Assembly: GCA_002633005.1 (NCBI GenBank)
Contig: NMRA01000699.1
Span: 90,797-154,796, forward strand
Source of the DNA: Phoronis australis
Taxonomy: Eukaryota; Animalia; Phoronida
DNA: 64,000 nt
Reading direction: 5' to 3'
Below, piece by piece: positions 25,386-38,700 of this stretch. Below the pieces are notes generated by a model, which was given only the letters and a program-made list of their open reading frames with translations, did no database searches and was not told the DNA's origin. How positions within the stretch are numbered: the stretch's first letter is position 1; each line of letters starts with the position of its first letter. A program made the translations under genes and the position numbers.

Positions 25386-28300
25386 TTTTTCATAATGTTT
25401 ATTACGAAATCTTCGATACAATGAATATACATAACCCAGAAAGCGCCAAGAGGTACTATATCTGTTTTAAAAACTACAAAGAAATCTATATACAATTATT
25501 TTACACAAACACAGAAAAAGAAATCTGTATACAATTATTTTACACAAAGACATAAATTAAAAAAACTGTTGTTAAGATTACATTGACATATGATTACGAC
25601 AGTAAATAAATCATTTCCATACGCATTTATACAATCTATCAACTCACATAAAGAGATTTAATACTATAAAGAAATTTTGATACTATTTCGAATATAACCT
25701 TATTTTCATTTGGGTTTAGTTCTTGCCTTCTATATAGAAAAAAATAATTTTGTTGTACACTTGCGGAATTTCAGAATATTTTTATGAATATTGGGCTACT
25801 GTTCAAGTGTCTGAAAAAGCTGTACCCTCTGCTCCTTGCATACCTCACAAGCAAAGAAAACATGAGCATTTGTCTGTGCGTCTCCACAGCAACACAGTGG
25901 CGCAATATTATTAACGTTATGTCTAAATTTCTCGTTGTTTAGGAAAAGACCGCATCATGAGTAGTAGTATGCATCTTAAAGCTATTTTTAGAGTGACGAT
26001 TGAAGTGCTTTCTTTTATTTTGGATGGTCAGGAATTCCAGTTGTCAATACAAGTTAATATGGTAGATTTCCTGAAGGCTTGGCTGAGGGAAGATGGAATA
26101 GTGTGCATATTACTTTGCCTACTCTCCTGTTAGGTCTTTTGTAGGAGTCAAAGAGGATTTTGAATAATTGTTTATGTTGGTTAAGACTTTGAATGTGTAC
26201 ATGGACAAGTGGAAATGACGACGGGTTGCTAGTTTGCTCCAGTTGAGACTGTTTAGAACCTTGGTTGTGTTGGACCCTTTGTATGCTCCTGTTATGGCTA
26301 AAGCTGCTTGGTATTGTAGTCTTTCTAATTGAAGAAGTATGCCAGCGTTTGCGGATTGGCAGATTATGTCACAGTAATCTAGATGTGGAAGAACAAAAAA
26401 CTTGAACAGAGTTTCAAGATGCATGAAGTTGAGATGACAAGAGACGATTCTAATTGGATTGATTAATTTTGGTACTTTGTGAACTAGTTCGCGACAGTGA
26501 GGGGTAAATGTGAATAACTTCCCCATTGAGTGATAATTCCAGCATTGCGTTTGTTTGGAATTGAGTATTATTAGACTTAAAAGCTATAAGATCAACACTT
26601 TTTTCAGGTTTAAAATTCATCTTCCATTTGCAAGACCAGTCATAGAGTTTGTTTAGGTCAATTTGCAATTGTAAGGAGTCGTGGGGATTCTCTTTTGAGA
26701 ATGGGTAGAAAATTGCAATGTCATCAGCATATAAGAATGTTTTTAGAGTTTATTGTGTCTGGAAGATCATTGATGTAAGATAAAAAGAGTAAGGGTCCTG
26801 GTACGCTACAGTGTGGTACTCCAGCAATTACGAAACCTGGCGTTGATGAGCGTGATAAGACACCATCTTTTAGGACTTTGTAAGTTCGACATTCCAGATA
26901 TGACTATAAAAGTGAGAAGAGAGTTCCGGAAAAACCGTAAGATTGTAATTTATGTACATGTAGAAGCAGATGATGGGGAACGACATCAAAAGCTGACGCG
27001 ATGTCTAAGAATACGGATCTCACGTTGTATCCTTGCTGAAACTGGAGGTGGATTTCGTGTACAATTTGGGACACAGTGCTGTTACCAGGCATAAATCCGA
27101 ATTGGCGACGATATATGAGGTTTTGTGAAGAGAGATGGTCAAACATGTGTTGAGAAATTATTTTTTCTATAATTTTGGATACGGTGTTAAGTAGAGTTAT
27201 GGGGCGATAGTTGTCAACGTCTGTTTTGGAGTTCTTTATGTGTATTGGTATCATAACACCAAGTTTCCAGTTCAAAGGAAATTTTCCAGATTGTGGTATT
27301 TTGTTATATAATGTTGTCAAAGGAGATGTAAGCTCCCTTGCTATTATCTTAATCATTTTATTGGTTATGAGATTGGTACCGTCGTTTTTGTTTTCGTCAA
27401 TATTTTCTAATAGTTTTCGGACTTCAGATGGTTGGGCTTGTATGTCAGAGAGCTAGATGTCCTAATGTTCTGTTTGGGAATTCGGGAAAGCTTGTTGTTG
27501 GTGCAACGTGACTCTTGGCGGTGAAGTATTCTAAAAATAACTTACTTTGTTCAGCTTTGGATGCCGCCTGTGTGTTGGATTCCTTTGAGTGAATGGTGGG
27601 GTACGAAGATTGCTTTACCTGTCCTCGAATTTTGTTTATTATATCCCAATATTCCTTTCAATTTTTGGAGACATTGCTGATGTTGGAGATAATTTTCATC
27701 TTATAGTCATGTTTCGTCTTTTTAATTAGGTCTTCCACACTCTTGCACTGTTCTTTGTAGCACTTAAAGGTGCACGGGTTATTTGATTTTCTGGACAGTT
27801 TCTTTTATTTATTTCAGTCTTAATGTTATTGTTAAACCACGGTGTTTTCTTGTTTGATATTGTTTTCATGGTTGATGGGATATTATTATTTAGTATGTTG
27901 TAGAGTGACTGTGTGAATGTTGAGACTGTGTCATTTATGTCACTTTTGCTCAGTATTTCAGTCCAGTTAAAAGTGAATATGTCAGTGCGCAGTTTGTCCA
28001 TGTTAATGAGGTTGTAATTCCAGATCTGTTTGATAACGTCTGATTCTTTAGGTAAGCAGTTGAGTGTGAATGTTGTTTCTATAGCGTGGTGGTCCGAGTT
28101 ACCAATGGGAGGCCTTAGATTCAATTAATCCGAGGTTGTTAGTAATACATAAATCAAAGCAAGAATGTGAATAATCTGTTAAACTAGTCGGTTCGTTTAT
28201 TAGTTGTACACGGTCATTTGAGAGGAGAATATCGAATAATTCGCGACCATCTTGGTTGTCATTGTCTTCTGAGTACCAAGTATTTTTTCTTGCGTTGAAA

Positions 28301-28700
28301 TCCCCGTTGATAACAATTGTTTTATTAGTTCGTGAGAGTTCTTGCAGTTGTTCTGCAAAGGTCTTGAAATGTGTTTTTCTGCCATGGGACGTCTGTGAGG
28401 GTGAGCGATAGAAAAAACCATATTATACCTTCTTGTGGTTGACATAAAGTTCAATCCAACAGTTATTCATTGATTGTATAATTTTAGTATCAATTGTTTT
28501 GAATTTTACGGAGTTGTGGACAAACAAGATCAACCCCCTCCCGCCGTTAGTGTAGTAGGCAATGTTGTATTCTGGAATAATAATTGCACTGAGGTTGTCT
28601 TTCGGACAGTGTTCCGGATTCACATATGGCTATGACCATGTAATTGTTGTCTGTAATAATTTGCTTGAGAAGTTCAAATCTTGAAAGATTGTTAGAGTTA
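25386..28700 (-). mobile_element. CR1/L2-group LINE, near-complete ORF2 (APE endonuclease + RT), degenerate
   Basis: EN motifs GGRGLILFV, GDFNA and PPIGNSDH; RT motifs NYRPITLL, QFGF.PG.ST, VFLDIASAFD, YADD, W...WKM.F and LPHLDYC. 3' UTR matches 9540-9610. Confidence 0.92.
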
Positions 28701-28764
28701 CTTTCGGTGATCTGGAAGAGCCCCTGCCGTTGTTGAAAATTAATTGGACCATCTAACAGAAAGT

Positions 28765-29690
28765 GAATTTAAGTCTGTATTTGCCAACAATTGCTCAACG
28801 GAGAAACGGTTCTAAAGTTGTGTCGAAATGTATCAGGGTTAAGTAAAAGTCCAGAAGGCAATCTATTGAGAGATATCTCGTGAGATCTAGGAATAGTTTT
28901 AAGTTTGGTAAGATGAAAGGGTAGGTTGGCATGATAGATGTGATAGATGTTACTTTTAAAGCTTGTTTTGATCACTGAGGGTGAACGGCTGTCTCTTAAC
29001 TTTGAAGGCAGTGGAATTGTTGATCTGCGTGTTGCAGTGGATATGACTGGGGATTGTGAAAACAAGGGTAATCTTCAGGCCAGGGCATTCTCTTTCATGT
29101 TTGTTTAATATAAGCTTATTAGACGCATTGAAAACTTTTAATGTGTACATGGTTGCTTGTAGTTTCCTTCGTTCAGAAAATATAAGCCAATTCAGGCTAT
29201 TGAGAACTTTGTGCTTATTCTGAACATTGGAATGACTATGTGATTGAAAGTGTACACTGATACAGCAAACTACTTATCTGGATTAGAACACCAGCGCTGG
29301 AGAATTGATAGATAATGTCTCCATAGTCAAAGCGGAGTGGGACAAATGCATTAAACGAAATGTCTACATGTAGGCCGGGTGCATTGAGCTTAGTTGTATT
29401 GATATAAGTTTGATTGGATTCAACAACTTTTGAATCTTAGCAACTAGATCACAACAGTGAGCATTCAAAGAAAAATTGTTATCAAGAATACCTACGTGTT
29501 TTGGTATATTTTTGTGATATTCTCCCACCACCAATTTGACAATCAAATAGCTGGTCTGCATGCAGAAGTGAGTTAACTTGTAAATGAGTAATGGGATCAT
29601 GTCGAAGGCAGAGGCTAAGTCGAGGAAAACATACCTGACATTATTTTTTTCATACTGTATATGTATGTCAATGAGTTGGGAAATTGTATC
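28765..29690 (-). mobile_element. Older CR1-like LINE fragment
   Basis: VRYVFLDLASAFD, VGILDNNFSLNAHC, and a C-terminal RSHEISLNRL segment paralleling the adjacent LINE. Confidence 0.75.
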
Positions 29691-30159
29691 CCCCCCCCTT
29701 GCCAGGCGCCTGGCGCCGGTCATCTGACCTCCGTTGCTACGACACAGAGTTAGCCACTGGGTATGTTTGCTATGAAGTCCAGATCGTTATGTTGAACTGT
29801 TTTTACCTTATAACTGTCTAGAACTGAGTCAATAATAAACTTGTTTTCGCTTGACCGTGAATATGTGCATTTTCATTTTGTAAATGATCTCAAAGTGATA
29901 TTCAACGCTCGGGTGGCTGGCGACCGTTGTGGAGAATTATAATACTTACTGTACATGTAGCGACCTGCGGGGACATTGCCATGTGTATGCAATATTACGA
30001 TGACTTTTGACTGAATTGAAGAATTTTTTTGCGCAGAGCAGAGGGTCATAACCCCTTATACGCCTCCCTTCCTATGTCAGTGGCTGTCACAACGAAGATA
30101 GAAAACACGAGTAATCCAAATTCGACTGGCAGTCACGTCCAGTCTCCTTGTAAACAAGC

Positions 30160-30786
30160 AACCACGCCGTCTATCATTTACAGTGTAGACGAAGCACGCA
30201 TGCCAGTCACAATTTATGTACATTAGTTTCTGTAATAACCAATAATCATCAGTGTGGCTTTGAGAGAATGGTAATTAGTAGTTCCATCTGCTTTTTCTCT
30301 AAAATTCTGCGGGAGAGGCAAGATTTTTTATTTTAGATTATGAAGAGGTTATGAATGACTAAACAAATTATTATATCAGTTTTTGAAAAGATGTAATATG
30401 GATGCTGAAGAGTGACAAATTTGGCCGAAAATGGCAACAGTGAAAACCTGCGATGAAGTCGTTTTTGCCACACAAAATCAAACCACACAAATTTGTAAAA
30501 AGAATTTAGAAATCTATGCCATTAAATTATTCAATCACAGTCCTCTAGAACCGTATCACTCATTTGTTATCATCTAGCCACACGTGCTACATGTAATAAC
30601 TTGCATTCAAACATGTCTACTTCTGCGCCCAAGCTTGTTGCAAACGTACTCAGAGGTACATGCCAGAAAAAGAGAAGTAATGGATGAAAATTCTTAAAAA
30701 TCGAAATTTTTCTACATCTCACAAAACCAAACCCTTGTATGATTTTGGGTAAAGATTATGCCTGTTGGTTTTTTATGGGGTGACTC
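30160..30786 (-). mobile_element. Sola3-family terminal fragment
   Basis: Inverted homolog of 42897-43640, ending ...CCTGTTGGTTTTTTATGGGGTGACTC|TTAA. Confidence 0.75.
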
Positions 30787-32842
30787 TTAAGAGGCATTGC
30801 TCGTCAGAAAATCGGTTTTGGGGACGCCTGGCACCTCTGAAGTCGCAAACATAATTGATATACCGCACACCTGACACGAGGCTCCGAGCATTCATTTCAG
30901 ATCGCTGGCTTACAGTGAATATATTATCTTTGGAAAAGGAAAAACTATTACCGACTGTTCAAAGCAATTAATGAGGGAGTAAGAACTGCTTTGGGGTCGA
31001 TGAGAAAAGAACTTATGCCGTGGACATCTCATAAGAAAAAATGCATTTAATTTAATGGTTAAAGACGACGCTAATGAGAAACGTCCGTGCGCACCGTGAA
31101 GAAGGAAATTGAAAGTCTGAATACTTGTTAATCATGAGACCACTTAGAGTAGTAAAACATGGAATTCTTAAACAGACACTGCACCCTCTATAACGTCATT
31201 ACTATAGCTGATTTTTCAAATACGAGCTCCACATTTCACTATGCCGCCAGATGGCGACCAGGTCGTTGATGTACGGGCGTTCAGCGCCACCTACAGGCCC
31301 ACGTAATGCGTACGGGAGGTTTCAACAACATCCCGGTATAAACAGTGTTTGAACACCTTTCCTGCTGTAATGCCTGTAAATTTCCATTGCTGTGCGGTGG
31401 GATGTACTAATGCCTTGCGTAAAGCGGCAAACTATTTGGAGAATCACTGGATGAAACAGGACACCATCTTCCATACACTTCGCACTCCGAAAAAGAACCC
31501 GCGCCAAACCAAGTAGCTGAGGCTGATAAAGCGGGATAATTTTGATCTCAACCGTTTGTCACATAGCTAAAAAATAATGAACTTAAACTAATCAGAAAAT
31601 GCGTAGGGTTGACAGTAGGATTTATTGATATGTTCTTAAATTAATAACCCCATGTGTAAAATTTAATTTCTGCTCACCAAATCTGAGTCGGGACCAAGTG
31701 GTAGTCGTGTTGGTGCTCTCATTACTCTAGAGAGCGCGAATATGAAAAGTCCCCCGTTCCTAAAATTCAATCGTATCCATGTACGCATTTTCAAAACCTT
31801 TGAAATGCTACGCACCCTTGTAATAACAATGACTCTGGAAAAATCTCAGCATGTCCTTCTACAACTGAAAGCCATGTTTTCCAATAGGGGCTCATCTATG
31901 TTCCTTAAGTTTTCAGCACATCTGTGGATTTTGTGCAAAAAAGGAATAGTCCCTTCACCTTTTTTATTTTACCTTCGATACACAGCAAGAGTGAATACAA
32001 GTATTACTGAAAATAAATAGTGTGCTGCACTTCGCACAACGTCTTTAATGAAACGAATCGCCCTCATTTCTTTTACCAACGGCTCAGTTCTCAAGTGTAT
32101 TATCAGGAATAATATTAGAAGAACACTCTGGGTCGTCGGTGCATAAACATTTCATTGGCGCAGTATAATTGTTTACTCGGGCTAACGTGTGCACAAAAAC
32201 TAAAACGCGTTCATTCAAAATCTAATATTAATACAATGCAGAGCAGCTGATCGAAACAACAAGTTCAGCAAATTGCAGGCCAGCATACAGATAATGCAGA
32301 TTCAACTGGTGGATTCAAAGCCGTAGTGAAATCGAAAAACAGTTAACTGTTGAGATCAATCATTAATCATGTAACGTGCTGAGGTAGCAGGCGATGTCAC
32401 GCATTTGTTACTGCCCCCCCCCCCCCCCCCNTCGAGTCGAAATGAAAAGTTATCCGACTTACGTGACCCATAGGTCCTAAAACTGATCAAAAGACTTTTA
32501 GTCCGATTGTGTCAAGTGACCCATAGCCACGTTTTTCTAAAATGATCCTTGTATTACTGGAATGTGTCTGAAGTTAAAGAGTAGCTGAGAGCGAAGATTA
32601 TCTTGTGTTAATTTATACGCTCGTTCAACTGAGTTGTAACAAATTGGAAATAATTCTATGCGCATTAAATCGATTTATGTCTCCCCAGGAAGTCATTATA
32701 CGAAAAAGGGAATTTTATAACTGAAAAACGATATTCTTGTGGCTTTAAGAAATGTGTCGTGTTTTGTTTCCGATATAATTGAATGTAAGGTACGTCTGAC
32801 CTGGCATTTTTAGAAAGTGAGTATGCACCTTGCTATCACCGT

Positions 32843-33181
<339 letters not shown>

Positions 33182-34089
33182 ATAAGGCAAAGCATTACTG
33201 CTTTTGAAATACCCTTTAGATGCGGAAGAATACAAGCCTTCTTTATAGGCACCTTCGAGAAAAAGGAAAGCGGATCATAAGTAACTCTGAGATCCAAAGG
33301 CATTTCTTTTGAGGACCATGTAATTTAAGACGGATAGACCTAGCACTGCTTTAGCAACACAAGAAAACTCGACTTTAAACATACAAACGTAGTCACGTCA
33401 AATGATACATAGAGTAGTCTTTTCTCACTACAGTGCGCCATCAAAAGAACTCGGGTCAAAGAACATTAGTATTACCCAAGAAAGTGTATTGAATACACTG
33501 TAAGTGTCTGAAAAGCAACTACATATGTCATGAGTCATTTTTACTGCTGCAATATTTCAACAGTATACAAAATTGCATGAAAATTTGTTTCGTACGTTAG
33601 AAAAGTATCATAATGTTTATTATTCATACAAGAGGCCTTGTTCAAAGCAAAATGTGTTAACAGTGATTAAAAATTGTCTCGAGAACGTATTTTAAGATGG
33701 ATTGGTACTTATAAAACATACACCAACAAAACTCTATTGTTTGTGGTTCATAAACGCTGATGCAGTGTCACGAAAAACCGTTGGTTATTGATATCGTACA
33801 AGCTGTAAATTTCATCTCAAACTACAATAATGTACTATGTTGTTTGGTGCTGGGTATGTGCTAATACGAATTGAAACTAATAACTGCGTGGAATAAATGG
33901 TTGGAATTGTTGCAAAAGACAGCAAATACGTAGTCATGTCTCTTTCCCGGTGTGTCCGTTCACCCACTACGCTGTGTTATCCATATTTAAAACTCAAATG
34001 GAGTTTTTGATAACTGTCTGGAAGAGAACAACGGTTTGGTAGTGTCTCTGCTCACAAACAAGTTAAAAATAATCTTCCATTTTCGTTAA

Positions 34090-35738
34090 AGGAGAATGCC
34101 ATCCGCTTAAATTATTCTTTTTTACCGTCTTAATCGGTCAGCGTCTATATCCACATTGCCTCGCATACCGTCGACCTTAACTAGTCGAGAGGTGTCGCGT
34201 GAACCTAAGAGGAAGCTGAGAAACGACGCACCGATGTCAGTGGTTGATTTGCAGAGTGGATGCCGCTACATGTATGTTGCGGTGCATCGTTCCCGCTTGT
34301 CCGAACCATGCAGCTGCGAGGAAAGCGGGTATATCGTTTTTTTTTTCGCCTTCCTCGAGAGTCCGAAGTGCTTAGAAAGTGGCTCGCGATAGTGAAGAAT
34401 GAAAAGTATGCCGTTAATAGCATGTATGCGGCCGTGAAACATCTCCGTGTCTGTGGCCGGCAGTCGTCGACAGTGAGTCTGACGAATGTCGTCTTACCAA
34501 AGAACTATCAACGCGTTCCGTTGCCTGTGCATGTTCACGGCGGTTCTCTAGTATTTCTTGATCTCTGTATTCCGGTTCGAACTGATTGACTGTGAAACTT
34601 AACGATCCACCTGCGAAGTCATCGTCGGATGAGCTCTCGTCACGGGATTGCCAGTTGCCATGTTGGCGTTTATTATTGTGCGTTCTGTTCAAAAATGAAT
34701 TATTCTCACCCTAACCAAAGCTTATATCTAACTGAAACAAAGTCTGTCTGATAAGATGCAATGTGTAATGCCTTTGGAGTATTCGTGAGTGCAAATGTTT
34801 TGAGAAACCAGCAATGAATAAACCACTGCGTTACCGGGTTCAGGTGCAATAAAGGTAATTGACCGGGCACCGAGACCGTGTGAGCCTGACAGAAAGCTGT
34901 TGTGAAACAAAGCTGGATTATATATGCTATGGTCACATGTTAGGGGAATCTTTATTTAGATATACAAATACATTATACACATCATTGTTACTGTACAACT
35001 TTTGCCCTGACGGTTCTGTAAAAGGGCAACTTGACTTCGCGGCCCCCGACAAGTAAGTAGATTTGCAGTTTCGTGGCTAATTCACATAAATAATTACGTG
35101 CACATTATTTCTTTGGATCACTCATATATTCCTTTCGTGACTGGAGGTTTATTTTCCAACATAAGCTGGCTTATGTTCGTGATATTTGTCCAGTCCCAGC
35201 GACCGCGACGGGTCTGATAGGCATCCGATCCCGGGATAACAAGGGTTGTGTGTCTTTAGAACTGAAAAGTCTAAACGTACAACACAAAGTTATCTTTCAT
35301 GTCTGTGTTTCACAGAAGCATGATTCGAATTTATCACCAAACAGACCCAAACTCCAACGATCGACCATGATAAATTGGCCTACCAAACCCAGGAGTCTAC
35401 TTGACCGAACTCTGTAGGCAACCGTACATTCAAATACCTAAACATCCGTAGTAATGAAATAAAACAACCTGTTTGTCGATGTATTTTTAAGGGTTTTACA
35501 TCGAAATTTGATGATTTATTGGTGTAAAACGATGCATTCAAGCGATAAGTTGACACCAGTAAGCGTGTTGTGAACGGCTGAACAGACTGCGTTCGAACCG
35601 ATTACGTCATTGGTTAATTTCAACACCTCCGTCTGCCGTCAGGCGTCAGGTAAAACAACTAATAAAATTGCTGATATTCTGTGGAACTACTCAATATCAA
35701 TTGGTACAAAATAGGTTATACTTTGGTTACATTCCCTT
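34090..35738 (+). mobile_element. Kolobok-type element, internally deleted, with THAP and KolX-like remnants
   Basis: TTAA|AGGAGAATG left end and candidate right end CATTCCCTT|TTAA. Plus-strand THAP-like ORF 34260-34589 (MPLHVCC...FFRLP...KW...LRVCGR). Minus-strand acidic SSDDD...QFEPEY segment (34414-34692). Right boundary uncertain. Confidence 0.6.
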
Positions 35739-38700
35739 TTAAGATCAGAGCAAAATCAATGCCAACGCAAACCATCTTACAAGTATTCTCAACTGATGAA
35801 TTTCCATCATGGCAAGATGTTGTTTATAATATACAGAGCACAATAGATAAATTTTCTAATTATAGTCAACAGAGTGATTAAATACCCAGAAATTGGATTT
35901 TTTGCGAGCTTCGAAAACACTACAGAAATGGCGTTCTATGCATGCAGATATTTTTCATTTGTCTTTTCATGGTCAAATTTAAGATTACCAACCTTTAATT
36001 GTTTGGGTTAAAACGTACTCCATATACATTAGCTGAAGCTTTTCTTACCCTGGTAACTCTAGTAGTGCATCTACCGCGAGTACTAAAAAAGTAATTAGCT
36101 AATAATGTTATTTAATGCGCCTTTTGCTGATCAACGTACAGTATGTGGGAGTATAGTCCACAAAAGCTTACAGAAAAGGTGAAACTTAAAACGTTGGAGC
36201 TTTTTACATAGCGAATCAGAAATCCTTCATTTAGTCACAGAAGAAAAAATGAATTGCCATGTTCTTGTGTTGTCTTAATGGAAAGGAAGCTTTGATGTTC
36301 ATCTTTTTTTTCTCACAGTCAGACTTTTTTTCTGAAATTAGCCATCTACGTGGGAATAATGAATTGCTCAAATATGATAAGAAGACTACTGAACGATTAC
36401 GGGGTTAGTGAGTAAATGCATACTGTTCTCAACTTAACGGTGTACGAAAGTTTATTCGAAATATTATACAATTCCTGAGGGTACGTTTGGTAAATGTTTT
36501 GCCGCTTGTTGTCTCGATATTTGTCTGTGCGCCTGTGAGGTTCTTTAGTTAACTGATTATGTGTTACACAAGGACACGCCCTCTTCCGATTTGGAATACA
36601 CGTATGCAATCCAGCACATACACGGAAAATCGAAGCACAATGCTCATTCTACCATAATAACAAAAATTAGAACAAAACACAAATTATTCAAAGACAACCT
36701 GCTGTTGGCTAACGCAGTAATCCCTGCCGATAAATTTATTGGCATCGTGATGTTAGGCTTTTCCATTTAAGCGAAGCGTAGACGCTTCCTTTTAAAATCC
36801 ACCTCTTTTACTTTAGGGCAAACCTGCACTGTTAACTGCAACCCGAAACCAATGTGTTCCGACTGACCGAAACTTCGTAGGCGGTGCGAAAGTTCTTCCA
36901 GTCACGGAAATTTTTGTGTAGTGATTTCCCATTTTATGCATTATACTTGCAGTGCTTTGCCATTATGAAGTGTTGCAGTATTACTAAACTGTTATTTGAA
37001 ACATGGACAGTAGAATATGGTTAGTTGTGTTTCATTTTTCCAACCTTTGATTTTAGTTGTTTCGTACGCCACTGGATCAATCATTTTCATATTCTAAATC
37101 ATGTTAACTGCCCACGTTTATTCGATTCATGAGACACATGGTACTAATGCAGATTAAAATTCAATCAGAAACAACATCATATGTAACAAATGTTTGATAC
37201 GAGATAACCAATTGCCATTATCAGCATTTGCAGAGTGATTAGTAGTCCGTTTCGCCACCTCCGTTGTCTAAGACAAGACGGTATGTACAGGCCCTTTTGT
37301 TGTCTTGTGACAAACTAGCGGGTTGCCTCTCGCGTTCCTATTACGTAAAAAGGACCCAAACAATGGATTTTAGGCCCGGTCAGAGAATTTATCATCACGG
37401 CCTTTAGTTTGCTTCCGGTCTTGTTGTTAGCCGCTGTGCAATCACTAGGTTGAACCTTTCATGTTGTTTGCCAGAGTGTCATTCGCTGATCGATGAGTAA
37501 ATAAGCTTTGCTATTAGGTTTCGTGAAAAAAGTTTGATCTTAATGCTGTATACATTTTAAACATGCTGATTATTTGCACGTGGCTTAGTATTCGATTTAG
37601 CGTTAATCACGGCAAACGAACTCAGAATTTTGAGGCAAGTACGGGCTTTTCTCACTGGCAAGAAACGGAGGGAATAGTCGTGGCAAATGCATTCATCAAC
37701 TGTTTTAATTTGAAACAAGATATACGTCTACTATTCAAGTGTGAGAGTGACCGCGGAAGATCAAAATTTTACCTTAAGCCATTCACTGTACCTAACGAGC
37801 AATTTGAAGCCAAGGCGCATGCGCATAGATCTAAAACAGGTGACTAAAGAATGAAAACACCCTTTATTCCCCTTAAACCTTTGGAACATGGTCTAAATAC
37901 GAGTGCATTTGTTAACCCACACTTATAACTACAGGTTAGGTTTCGGCTTAAGCTGTGTATACAGATGAAAATTTTAGCGTAACTAACATATGAGCACCCA
38001 AGGCAAAAACGGGCAAAAAGGTTCGCATCAGAGTAAAAAAAAACTCCAAAAAAAGAAGAATACGAAACAACAGTCCATTAAAAAAACGAGAACTACAACA
38101 ACTTTGGCGAATGCACAATTCATAGCTCTGAACGTAGCCCGTAAAAGGTCCGCATTCTCAAAAAATTCGAGCCCCCCCCCTCCATTTTAGGCTAGGTGCG
38201 CCCATGATCAAATAAAATTATCATTAATATTTTTATACCACATATTGGGATTAAAAATGGATACGTCGGTTGATTAGCTTTGGGGAAAAGTGGAACTATA
38301 AGATGCAATATTTCATTAGAAACCTCGAGGGACACTAAGCTGGAGAACACAATCTTGTTGCCTACAATTACCCGGGAGAGTTTTTTTAAACAATCCGTCA
38401 AATGTTTTTTCTAACTCGACGCAGCGAGACATTGAACTGATCACGCATGCAGTTATTAAGACCGTAGTTGAGAACGACTCCAGACATTTCTTCGCACTTT
38501 CAACATCAACGTATAAACACGTAAATCCCAGAGGAAAAGTTCTAAAAAACAAAATCGACGACTAAACGTGTTGAGCAGATGCTTCTTGTCGCTCAGCTCT
38601 GTATGTAAAGTGTTTTATTGGAGTTTCAAAGTAACAACACTTTCAATTTTGCAAAGAGAGCTATTATAAAAGCTTAGAAGCTAAATGTATGCACCAACAA

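Noticed and set aside
31440-31520. Minus-strand peptide YLVWRGFFFGVRSVWKMVSCFIQ resembling GPCR ECL1/TM3
   Set aside because: It lacks the conserved TM3 Cys, runs into a stop and has no suitable donor; probably chance.
34260-34589. Domesticated host THAP gene
   Set aside because: The domain is truncated before the conserved His-Phe/AVP end and lies within TTAA-bounded TE ends.
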